Source of the DNA: Candidatus Cloacimonadales bacterium
Lineage (GTDB): Bacteria > Cloacimonadota > Cloacimonadia > Cloacimonadales > JAFGVF01
DNA length: 64,000 nt
NCBI GenBank assembly: GCA_963677495.2
Contig: CAXXOU010000004.1
Span: 160,001 to 224,000, forward strand
Reading direction: 5' to 3'
How positions within the stretch are numbered: the first letter of the stretch is position 1; the number at the start of each line of letters is the position of its first letter. The notes under the pieces are model-generated. The model was given only the letters and a program-made list of their open reading frames with translations, was not told the origin of the DNA and ran no database searches. Positions 9,962-19,108 of this stretch are shown one piece after another. A program made the position numbers and the translations under genes.

Positions 9962-11508
9962 TACTCTTGATCTTCGAACTTAACACATTGATTTCTACCA
10001 TTCTGTTTTGCCTTATAAAGAGCAATATCTGCTTCTTTAATTACTTCATGAACTTCACGTAGTTCATTGTAAGTACTATATCCTACAGAGATTGTAATGT
10101 TAAAAGATATGTCATTGTATTCAAATTTAAAGTCTTTAACTGCTTGTCTAATCTTCTCAGCAGCAACTCTTGCTCCTTCCTCTCCCGTTTTATTGAGAAG
10201 AATAAGGAACTCTTCACCACCCCAGCGTGAGATGTTATCTATTTTACGGAAAGTAGCTCTTAGCAATGCTGCAAGTGTTTTTAATACATAGTCACCGGCA
10301 TCATGCCCATAAGTATCGTTAGTTTTCTTAAAGAAATCGATATCCAACAATAAGAATGAGAAGGGGTTCATTTCACGTTCAAAAAGATTCACTGCATCGA
10401 GCATTTTCTCTTCCATATCTCTACGATTGAAAACTTTAGTAAGTGGGTCGATTCGAGAAATTCTCTCGATTTGATCATATGCCTTAGTGAGTTCAAAATT
10501 CTTTGATTTAATAACTTCATGGGCCTTTAATAACTCATTGTTTGATCTTACTTTTCCTAAGTAGCTTCTGATAATCAGAACCATATTTACAACGACTATA
10601 ACAAGGAAAAGGATAAGTAAGAAGTTTCTTGAGCGTAGGGACTTTATTCTTCCTTCATTTACTCTCTCTGCAACATAGTGCTCAAGAAGTTCGTTCTCCT
10701 TCTTTGAAAGGGTAGACATCAAGCTGTTGACTTCGGTTTCTTTGGCTTTTATATTTCCTTCAGACTCTTTAAGCTTCTGCTCGAGTTCCTTTTCTTTCTT
10801 TTCATCCCGGACGATCTTAACCTTTGGCTTCTCTTTTTTAACGTACTTTGCTTTTTGAGTTGCCTCATCTAGTTTCTTCTTTTGAAGAAGTTCTGATAAA
10901 AGCTTGAGTTGCTTTTTATTTAAAATATCTTCTTTTCTAGGAGAATTATTACCCATCATCTCTTTTAGTTTGTCATCAACTTGAGTTGCTGTTTCCAGAT
11001 ATTTATAGGCCTTTTTATAGTCATCTACTTCATAATAAATAATAGCTAAAGCAAAAGCCGCATGCATCTCCCCGGTTTTATCATTAATCTGTTTACAAAG
11101 TTTGAGGGATCTTTCATACAGATCAGCAGCTTCATCCAAATGGAAGATATTATAATTATATTCTGCAATTTTATTGATTACCAATATCTTCCCTGATATG
11201 TCTTTAAGCTTACTATAGATAATTAATGCATCCTTGTATGACTTAAGAAGCTTATCTTCCATCTTCAATGTCTTGTATACTTGTCCAAGTACAAGATGAA
11301 ATTCTGCCTCGTATTCAGGTAAGTTGTTCTTCTTGCAATAAGTTACACCTGCTTCTGCGTATTGAACACTTATACCGGGATCTTCGTTCATTTCTGATTT
11401 AGCTTTTTGTAGCAGTTGGTCCAATAGTTCTGTGTGTTCGCTATCTGTTTCTGAGAACAACATAACCCCAATCAAAAGGATAAGAAATAGTAATGCAATC
11501 TTTTTCAT
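9961..11508 (-). CDS. TPR-containing membrane diguanylate cyclase
   Basis: Signal peptide, TPR-like repeats, coiled coil, TM helix, DPLT..DIDFFK..ND.YGH..GD..RWGGEEF. Confidence 0.88.
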   Translation of the reverse strand: MKKIALLFLILLIGVMLFSETDSEHTELLDQLLQKAKSEMNEDPGISVQYAEAGVTYCKKNNLPEYEAEFHLVLGQVYKTLKMEDKLLKSYKDALIIYSKLKDISGKILVINKIAEYNYNIFHLDEAADLYERSLKLCKQINDKTGEMHAAFALAIIYYEVDDYKKAYKYLETATQVDDKLKEMMGNNSPRKEDILNKKQLKLLSELLQKKKLDEATQKAKYVKKEKPKVKIVRDEKKEKELEQKLKESEGNIKAKETEVNSLMSTLSKKENELLEHYVAERVNEGRIKSLRSRNFLLILFLVIVVVNMVLIIRSYLGKVRSNNELLKAHEVIKSKNFELTKAYDQIERISRIDPLTKVFNRRDMEEKMLDAVNLFEREMNPFSFLLLDIDFFKKTNDTYGHDAGDYVLKTLAALLRATFRKIDNISRWGGEEFLILLNKTGEEGARVAAEKIRQAVKDFKFEYNDISFNITISVGYSTYNELREVHEVIKEADIALYKAKQNGRNQCVKFEDQE

Positions 11509-11658
11509 GTTCCACCTTTGCTGAATTTGATACCTCATTCAAATAAAGTAAGCATTTTTACATACTGTCAAGGAAAATATTCCACAAGTAACTTAAACTT
11601 ATGGAAAAAAAGAAAAGCCATAGGTCAATCCTATGGCTTATCTAATCGAATTATTAAG

Positions 11659-12585
11659 TTATTTTGCGTTCAATATCAATGGCATCCCGGCTGCTTCCGG
11701 ATTTGTTGGAAGAATGACGAATGTTGTATTATCAGAATCAGCTAATTCTTTGTAAGATTCAATTGCTAAATATTGAACATACAATGGAGTAAGCTTTTTC
11801 TGGATGATCGCTTGAGCGTCAGCTATACCTTGTGCTTCTACACGTCTAATCTCAGCATCTTTTCTCATCTTGTCTAGCTCATATTCCTTTGCTGCTAGCT
11901 CCTGCTGCTGCATAAGTTTCTTTTCAATCGCACCTTTCACTGTTGGTGGAGGTGTCACGTTTCTCACAAGAACTTTGTCACCAATTACACCCTTATTATC
12001 TGTGATTGTTTGGAAAGATGAATAGATATCTTTAGTAAATTTCTCTCTTGCTTCGATAATCTCAGTAAAAGTTAGTTCTGCAGTCACGTCCCTAATAGCA
12101 GTTCTAATTGCAGGTCTCACAATTGAGTTCATAAATGTTAAATCATCTTTCGCAATTGATCTGTAGATGTCTGCAGCTTTAGTAGGATCTAAAGCATACC
12201 AGATTGAAACATCTATTTTAATTTCAAGGTTATCCCTAGTTAGTGCTGTTATTGAATCATCACCATGAATATTTCCTTCTCCACGTGTGCTAGACATTGT
12301 ATACTCTTTAAGACGAATAGTGAAATGAGAAACATCTGCAAAAGGATTCTTGAAGTTAATACCTTCCATTAGCACATGTTTTTGTACTTTACCAAAGACA
12401 ATCTGAACTCCAACTTCACCTGCATTGATTATCTTCAAACCTTGCATTACGAACATACCTGCAAACACAAGAATCAGTATAAAACCAACTCTCCTTATCT
12501 GCTTTGTTCTTTCCGGAACTGTTTTAGCAACACCTAAAACTATGAGCCCAACTATCATCATTATTATCGCAAATACTGCTGTCAT
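11659..12585 (-). CDS. SPFH/prohibitin family membrane protein
   Basis: N-terminal TM helices, band-7 domain (INAGEVGV, AIRTAIRD), coiled-coil EAQGIADAQ. Confidence 0.88.
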   Translation of the reverse strand: MTAVFAIIMMIVGLIVLGVAKTVPERTKQIRRVGFILILVFAGMFVMQGLKIINAGEVGVQIVFGKVQKHVLMEGINFKNPFADVSHFTIRLKEYTMSSTRGEGNIHGDDSITALTRDNLEIKIDVSIWYALDPTKAADIYRSIAKDDLTFMNSIVRPAIRTAIRDVTAELTFTEIIEAREKFTKDIYSSFQTITDNKGVIGDKVLVRNVTPPPTVKGAIEKKLMQQQELAAKEYELDKMRKDAEIRRVEAQGIADAQAIIQKKLTPLYVQYLAIESYKELADSDNTTFVILPTNPEAAGMPLILNAK

Positions 12586-12735
12586 AACTCCTCCTAATAT
12601 TAATTTCATAAGAACTATATATGCACTACAGCCTGTCAAACTATTTTATCACGCAACACCAAAAAAGAGCCTGTCCTTAGCAAAAACAGGCTCATGACTA
12701 TCTAATATAGTCGTCACTATCCGTCTAATCGCAAT

Positions 12736-14709
12736 CTATTTAAGAAGAGTTGCTTTCCTAATTAATGTTTCCGTATTTGTTAGCATTCTAATAAGATATG
12801 TTCCAGAACTGTAGTTGCCGGCATCCCACTCTATTGAATGTCTTCCAGCTCCAATTTGGTTAAGTTGCTTTGTAAATATCTTTTCTCCTTTCAAATTGAA
12901 TATCTCAATGAGAACATCACTCTGTTCCACCAATTCAAACGAAATCTCTGTTACTGGATTAAATGGATTGGGGTAATTCGCTAATGTTGTTTGTCTTGGT
13001 AGAATCTCCGGTGCATCATATTCATCACTAAACTCTGTTTTAACATAGAATGGACCATAAAGTTTGTTTGTTCCACTAAGTTCAATACTCTCAAGCCAAT
13101 AAAAATAATGATCAGCCATCTGAAAGTCTTCGTCTATAAAAGTGTAACTGTTTCCTGTATTGCTCTGATACGCAATTATAGGAGCTAAGTTTCTCAATTC
13201 CATTGCTGTGCCACTTGAAAGACCATCACGATATATATTGTAGCCATAAATATCAGATTCTGTAGCTGTTTCCCAATACAACTCAATTTCTTTGTTGCTT
13301 ATAGGTAATCCATAGAAACTGCTGAGAGTTACAGGTAGCGTAAAGGAGGTTTCCTCTTTTATTCTGACTAATGTAACATTGCTGTATTGCACCTTTACAC
13401 TTGCACTTTGAGAACTAATTTCTTTCAAATCTAGGGTTATAACATCTGTCCCGGAATCAATAGTCACAATAGCGTTTCCACTTGCAGAACCGAAATCACC
13501 AGAATCTTTCTTCTGTAATGAGCGCTTGATCATTGTTTTTTCGACAATAGTATTACCGATACTTATTCCACAATCAACATCAATATCAGTTCCACTTTCA
13601 CCAGGATTAGGATATGTAATTCCAATATAATATGATACTAAATATTTCCCAGCACTATCACCGATTGGAGTCATTGTATCTGTAGATGAAGAAAACGACC
13701 AAAATGAACTGTTCCTTTCGTCATCTACTTGATTTGATTCAGAAACCCATGTTCCCGAAATAGATGTTGAGACCGTGTTGTTATTAGTTAACATGCTTGT
13801 ATAGGGTGCACTAGTGGAACCATTTAATGGAATTAGAACAAAGTTTGAAACATTGCTTGTAAAATTCTTATTACTACCATCTGCTTTAACTTTTATTGAG
13901 ACTTCATCTCCACTACTAACAGTTATTATTCCACAAGCTAGTGAATTTCCAAAATCTGAGTTTCCATTAACATGTCGCTGTGCAATAATTGACGGTGTAG
14001 CATCATTTATTGATATACCTGTGAAGAAATCATTCACACTTGAGGATGACATGTTTACATCGAGTAATGCGTAATATGTTCCTGCTGCTGCTGGTGAAAC
14101 AGTAAGTGTATTTGAAGCAAATGTCCATCCGCTAAGCTCACCGGATGTATAACTTGTCACATCAACCCAACTTGTGCCAATACTGCTCTGAGTAGTGCTT
14201 GTTGTGTTATAAATTTCTGCATAATATGGTGTTGAAGCTTCTGTAACTTCATATATCGCTACTTGTGCATAATGAGGTGTAAACGAGGTAACATTATCAT
14301 CTGATGTTACTTGCAACTTCAAGCTTTCCCCATTAGCTATATTTATTAAGCAACCACCTGAAATGTTTCCTACATCCGCGTTTAATTTCATCCGACGTTC
14401 ATTTACTGCATAACTTGTTGTGTTTACCAATATTCGTGTCTTCCATGTTCCCTCAGAACCATCCCAACTTAAAGAGTACTTTACATAGTATAAACCTCCA
14501 CCGTTGGTGTTAGTTAATGCATTGCTAGAATAGCTCCAAGCTGTTGATGTTGTACTGGTCCCCCAACCAGTAACATCATAATAAGTTCCAGAATTGAATA
14601 AGGGTGAACCTGTTTGTTCTGCTCCATCGTCAATATACATTGCAGCATATTCTGCCCAAATTATTACAGGTAATATACATAGAATTAGTATTATCACTTT
14701 TTTCATCAT
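12736..14709 (-). CDS. Secreted protein with three C1q/BclA-like repeats and FlgD/T9SS-like C-terminal domain
   Basis: Signal peptide, three ~135-aa repeats with G-x-Y motifs, LPVTLSSF linker, NYPNPFNP CTD. Confidence 0.7.
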   Translation of the reverse strand: MMKKVIILILCILPVIIWAEYAAMYIDDGAEQTGSPLFNSGTYYDVTGWGTSTTSTAWSYSSNALTNTNGGGLYYVKYSLSWDGSEGTWKTRILVNTTSYAVNERRMKLNADVGNISGGCLINIANGESLKLQVTSDDNVTSFTPHYAQVAIYEVTEASTPYYAEIYNTTSTTQSSIGTSWVDVTSYTSGELSGWTFASNTLTVSPAAAGTYYALLDVNMSSSSVNDFFTGISINDATPSIIAQRHVNGNSDFGNSLACGIITVSSGDEVSIKVKADGSNKNFTSNVSNFVLIPLNGSTSAPYTSMLTNNNTVSTSISGTWVSESNQVDDERNSSFWSFSSSTDTMTPIGDSAGKYLVSYYIGITYPNPGESGTDIDVDCGISIGNTIVEKTMIKRSLQKKDSGDFGSASGNAIVTIDSGTDVITLDLKEISSQSASVKVQYSNVTLVRIKEETSFTLPVTLSSFYGLPISNKEIELYWETATESDIYGYNIYRDGLSSGTAMELRNLAPIIAYQSNTGNSYTFIDEDFQMADHYFYWLESIELSGTNKLYGPFYVKTEFSDEYDAPEILPRQTTLANYPNPFNPVTEISFELVEQSDVLIEIFNLKGEKIFTKQLNQIGAGRHSIEWDAGNYSSGTYLIRMLTNTETLIRKATLLK

Positions 14710-15072
14710 ACCTCCATATACTTAGCAATCATAAAATAGCTAAGATTGAAGTTTTGGCAAGAACTATTTTAATATTTTAATTGACATTGTTCCAAAGTTC
14801 AAATGTTATCTATTGGAATCATTTCCAACGTAATTGGTAACATTACTAAAATTGTTATCTTACAACTTTATATAATTCTAATCAATGCAGTAAAACAAGT
14901 ACTAGTTTTGTAGATTAATGCTATCATACAGCATTATCACGGCATTCATGTTTCTTGAAAATGGTAAGTGTGGAACTCAAAAGTAGCATTTTTTCAAAAG
15001 AGCTTACTTAACAAATTGGAAAGGGACTATTGTCGAATCAATAGCCCCTAATATATTTTCTATATATTCAGA

Positions 15073-16134
15073 TTAGAACTCAATACCAAAACCCATTGAT
15101 GCAGAGCTGACTTTTGCTAGATTTAACTCAAGATTATATTTAAACACACCACTCTTAAAAGAAGAACCTAAAACCAATCTAGTGCTATTCTCTCCATCGA
15201 TACTAAATTTAATTTCATCTATGTCTGTAGTGTACTCATCAACTTCAGTTTCAATTTCGTAAGCTATCTCCATATTTGATTCATCCATCATCAATCCTGC
15301 ATATGGGGTAATATTCCATAATTTGAAACCAAATTGCTTAGAAGCAGTGATTCCGTAGGTTGTAGCAGTTGTAGAGGCAACATCACCGATTTCTAAAGCT
15401 TGTGTATAATATGAAAGAGCAATATTAAGTGGCATAGGTACATTAATCCAGACGAATGGATTGTGCTGTACTCCTACACCATAATATACAATTTCACCTA
15501 AATCTTCATATTCGAATGGTGGTAATCCTCTTAGAGTAACTTGTGTACCATACAATGTTCCGAGCTTTAATTGTGGAGTAGCCATAGGGAGATATTCCCA
15601 ATCAGCAAGTAAGGCTTTCACTTTGAGATCGAACTCTTTCCCTTCTAGATTCACAGTTTGCATTGTTCCATTAACATCAACTTCTACAGGACGTCCATCA
15701 AAGTTTATCATTATCGTATCATCTTTATTACCAATCACAGTTGGTCCATAAATCTGTACGTCAAATGTCTTATCTAAAACAGCCTCAATTGCATATTGTT
15801 CGATCGAAGGATCTAAATCACTGTTTTCAACTATCTCTGTAGCTTGATCCTCTGAAAAAGTAAAATCAGTGTTTACAGAGAACTCTTTCTTGCCGGTCAT
15901 ATCTGCTCCGGTAGCTACAAAGCTAAGTTCAGCATTAAGACCTAGAAGTTTAGCTTTGGGTGCATTGTTGAACCAGCCACTGTTTAAATTAGCACCAAAA
16001 GCTGAAGATAGTGGTTTCACATACTCTTTAGCTGCTTTTCCGGTTAGCTCCTCCAAAGACTCTTCCAGATCTCCTGCAAAGACAGGTAATATTAATAGTA
16101 GTATTCCAAAAAAAACAAGTATTCGTTTTATCAT
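15073..16134 (-). CDS. Putative outer-membrane protein (DUF6588-like)
   Basis: Signal peptide, YVKPL..FG..LNSGW motif, beta-strand C-terminus ending in F; start chosen by GGAGGA RBS. Confidence 0.6.
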   Translation of the reverse strand: MIKRILVFFGILLLILPVFAGDLEESLEELTGKAAKEYVKPLSSAFGANLNSGWFNNAPKAKLLGLNAELSFVATGADMTGKKEFSVNTDFTFSEDQATEIVENSDLDPSIEQYAIEAVLDKTFDVQIYGPTVIGNKDDTIMINFDGRPVEVDVNGTMQTVNLEGKEFDLKVKALLADWEYLPMATPQLKLGTLYGTQVTLRGLPPFEYEDLGEIVYYGVGVQHNPFVWINVPMPLNIALSYYTQALEIGDVASTTATTYGITASKQFGFKLWNITPYAGLMMDESNMEIAYEIETEVDEYTTDIDEIKFSIDGENSTRLVLGSSFKSGVFKYNLELNLAKVSSASMGFGIEF

Positions 16135-16518
16135 AAATCCTCCAATATAGTCTTTATAGATAGAATAGTTAAACCAACCTCTTGTCAAATAATATTTAGG
16201 TCGAATCAATATCTTCATGCTAATAATAGAGTTAATTGCCTATCAATCAATAATAACGCTCGAAGAGATGATTTTGTTACTAATTGATTACCAATAAGTT
16301 TAACTACAGAGTTCTTCAAACAGACTCACATTATAGCTCTATATATTGATTGACAACATACCCCTTGTAGAAAAAAGAGTGCTAACCTCTTTCCTAAGAA
16401 AAAATTAGTTAGAGTGAATCAAGAATAGGATTTCTCTTGACACAATGTTAAGAGTGAAAATCTTTAGACTTCTAAACAACAGTGCTTGAAAAAGATATTA
16501 ATAGAAAAGGAGTTCAAA

Positions 16519-16812
16519 ATGACAAAAGCTGATTTGGTTAAGATCATCTCCAATGAGACAGGAATTATCAGAAAGGATGTCGCAATCGTTGTAGACAGTT
16601 TCTTACAATCTGTAAAAGACAGCATGCGTGATGGCAATCACATCGAGATCCGTGGATTCGGAACTTTTAAACTTAGACATAGAAAACCAAGAATGGGTCG
16701 CAACCCTAAGACTAATGCAACTGTTAAAGTTCCTGAGAGAATGGTTCCTACATTCAAATTCTCACGTGACTTCAAAAACGAGATCACTAGTCTTGAATGC
16801 AAGGAGGACTAA
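16519..16812 (+). CDS. HU/IHF family DNA-binding protein (IHF-beta-like)
   Basis: MTKADLV, EIRGFGTF, GRNPKT motifs. Confidence 0.9.
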   Translation: MTKADLVKIISNETGIIRKDVAIVVDSFLQSVKDSMRDGNHIEIRGFGTFKLRHRKPRMGRNPKTNATVKVPERMVPTFKFSRDFKNEITSLECKED

Positions 16813-16901
16813 TGCCCTGCGGAAAGAAGAGAAAGCGTCATAAAATAGCTACTCACAAAAGAAAAAAAAGACTGCGTAAAAACAGACATAAAAAGAAATA
16901 A
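16812..16901 (+). CDS. Small basic ribosomal protein bS22-like (AURKAIP1/COX24 domain), 29 aa
   Basis: MPCGKKRKRHKIATHKRKKRLRKNRHKKK; AGGAGG RBS; TAATG overlap with upstream stop; below the ORF track length cutoff. Confidence 0.88.
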   Translation: MPCGKKRKRHKIATHKRKKRLRKNRHKKK

Positions 16902-16907
16902 ACTTTT

Positions 16908-16933
16908 ACGGTTCCTTTTGGGACCGTTTTTTT
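16908..16933 (+). terminator. Intrinsic terminator
   Basis: ACGGTTCC-tttt-GGGACCGT followed by T-run. Confidence 0.8.
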
Positions 16934-16990
16934 ATTTACAATTAACTTTTATCAATCCCAATTGACTCACAAAAAGACGGTGAGGATATT

Positions 16991-17401
16991 ATGAGAATTT
17001 CTACTGAGTTTAATCATAAAATATATAAGCAAATCACAAAGCTATGGGTTTTAACCGGCATTGCTAATCCTGATAGAAAAGATAGTTTACAAACTATTAG
17101 TAAAACTATTGAGCTCGGAGGATTAATCTACTCACTTTGGGATATCGATTTATTGATAGGTACTATCTGGTTGTCAAATGATGGTAGAAGACTTCACGCT
17201 CATCATATGTGTATACATCCTGACTACCGGGGTAAGGGTTTAGCCAAGTTATTGCTTAATCCGGCTCTTAAGTATGCTAAGAAGCTGGGACTTCAACCTA
17301 AACTGGAAGTGCATGAAACGAACCCTGTTGCCAGAGAACTTTATAAAAAGAATGGCTTTATTGAGTTGCCGGGATACATTGTGATGGTTAAAAGAAACTA
17401 A
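16991..17401 (+). CDS. GNAT family N-acetyltransferase
   Basis: IHPDYRGKGLA acetyl-CoA motif A; N..ARELYKKNGF motif B. Confidence 0.88.
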   Translation: MRISTEFNHKIYKQITKLWVLTGIANPDRKDSLQTISKTIELGGLIYSLWDIDLLIGTIWLSNDGRRLHAHHMCIHPDYRGKGLAKLLLNPALKYAKKLGLQPKLEVHETNPVARELYKKNGFIELPGYIVMVKRN

Positions 17402-17681
17402 ACTCGTAAAGAAGTTATTCACTGTTAAATCATTTCATTGCTTTTACTGTCTCTTTGCCCTATCATAATAACTGCTAAAGATTGAATATTTGCTACCCAA
17501 AATCTTGCCGGTCTCTTATCAATTTCCCCTGGTATTGCACAAGAGACTCTCAGGATTTCCCCAAAAATCGATGCTTAATTATGAGAGTGCAATGAAAATA
17601 GTAAGAGGTTCATTAATTTGCACTTCGAGGAAATAGAAAAGCATTGAGCTGTCACTATGGCCAGTCATGACAGCTCAAACA

Positions 17682-18542
17682 CTATCTTGTGTGCATACCT
17701 GAGATTGCATCCCCGATACATTTCTTTAGATCATCCGTTAAACGCGTAGAAAGCAAGTTGGTTAAATCTTGTAATAAGTTCTTCAACTTAAGCTCTCCCA
17801 CAAGTTGGATTGCTTTACGTTTTATCTTATGCTCTCTGTCCGTGAGAAGAGGTTTCAAAATAGCTTCATAATCAGCACCCTTAACATTGTCCAGTATGGT
17901 TAAGGCTTTATACCTGTAAGCAATTGCTTTATGCTCGAAAAGAGCAAGGAAGTCATCTTTAACGTACTCATAATCGATCTGTGCTAAGGCAATAAGAGTG
18001 TTTTGATCTTTCCTGTCAGCATAACTACTTTTTAGAAACTCAATAGCTTTATCATCCATCTCTTTTTTAGCAAAGAACAGGGCTACTTCTATAGAAATCC
18101 AAGGATTGGGATAATCCATGAACTTATACACATATCGTTTAGAATCTACTCCCAATATTTTCATCAATGCTCTGATGGAATAGTATTTTATTGTATCGTT
18201 AGTCTCATCATCCAAGATGTTACGTGTGAGTTCAGGGACTGCATCTTCACTACCCAGTAAACCAATCTCATGAATGGCAGAAACTATCTTCTCCTCATCC
18301 TTCATTGTTTTCATCTGGTTAATGAGTTTTATCAGATAGTTATCATGCAACTCAGCTTCCTTTACAGGTGCCGTCTCTCCTGCGATATACTTCTCAATCT
18401 CTTCATGGCTGAATCGCCATGGTGCCCTTAATCCTGTGCCAAGTTTTACTGCAGGTATCACTCCCTGTCGTGCTTTCTTTCGTACTACTTCCGGATGAAG
18501 ATTTAGCATTTTGCTTGCTTCTTCCAGTGTTATGAACTTCAT
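17682..18542 (-). CDS. Excisionase-like HTH (HTH_17) fused to HEAT repeats
   Basis: ITLEEASKML..HPEVVR..ARQG.IPAVK.G...WRF N-terminus; HEAT-like helical repeats downstream. Confidence 0.75.
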   Translation of the reverse strand: MKFITLEEASKMLNLHPEVVRKKARQGVIPAVKLGTGLRAPWRFSHEEIEKYIAGETAPVKEAELHDNYLIKLINQMKTMKDEEKIVSAIHEIGLLGSEDAVPELTRNILDDETNDTIKYYSIRALMKILGVDSKRYVYKFMDYPNPWISIEVALFFAKKEMDDKAIEFLKSSYADRKDQNTLIALAQIDYEYVKDDFLALFEHKAIAYRYKALTILDNVKGADYEAILKPLLTDREHKIKRKAIQLVGELKLKNLLQDLTNLLSTRLTDDLKKCIGDAISGMHTR

Positions 18543-18692
18543 GTTTCACCTCCTAATCTTGATATAGTGGTAAAATAATATACAATGATATCAAGTCAAG
18601 AGAAAGTTGTAAAAAATAGCATAAGGTTGTATTGGCGAAAGTGTAGGGTTCCTTAATAATGGATTTGCATTCGCAAATCCGAGTACCAAAAA

Positions 18693-18987
18693 TGCCATGC
18701 TGAGCGAAGTGAGTTTTGCGAACGAAGTCGAAGTACCTCTCTGATAGCTTTAGTCTCTTAACTAAAGAAAAGCCATTTTCCGAAGGAAAACACTGAAAAG
18801 ATAAGTCAATGCTTTAAGCGTTTACCTACTAAAGTCATCCGAAAGACCCATTCGACTGCGTTCATTCCGCTTCACTTCATTCACTCCGCTCAGGGTGACA
18901 TAGCAATGAAACTTGCTATAGTAAGTTCGAGAGCCATACTTGTCATCTTGAGCGAAATGAGGTACGAATGAAGTCGAAAGACCTCTC
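18693..18987. repeat. Cluster of three REP-like elements (TGTCATCCTGAGCG..GTCGAAG family) in alternating orientation
   Basis: Copies at 18693-18741 (+), 18845-18900 (-), 18941-18987 (+). Confidence 0.8.
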
Positions 18988-19056
18988 CGTTAACTTTAGT
19001 TTCCAACCTAAAGAAGAACTGTTTCCTGATAAGAAAATAGTACATATCTCCGAAGA

Positions 19057-19097
19057 CGCATTTCCCCGAACTCCCGTTGGTCGTAATGGTGACTGCT
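19057..19097. repeat. Repeat module M1 copy
   Basis: Identical to 4524-4564. Confidence 0.9.
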
Positions 19098-19108
19098 TTA
19101 GAAATTCA

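Noticed and set aside
9570..9983. Antisense and alternate-frame ORFs in the ORF track (this one and similar overlaps)
   Set aside because: They overlap well-supported genes, lack RBS or recognisable motifs, and are expected shadows of coding sequence
16377..16385. CIRCE (HrcA) operator GAGTGCTAA
   Set aside because: Only the right half-site is present and there is no chaperone gene downstream
17682..18542. Prophage/ICE marked by an excisionase
   Set aside because: No integrase, att site or phage genes nearby; the HTH is fused to HEAT repeats
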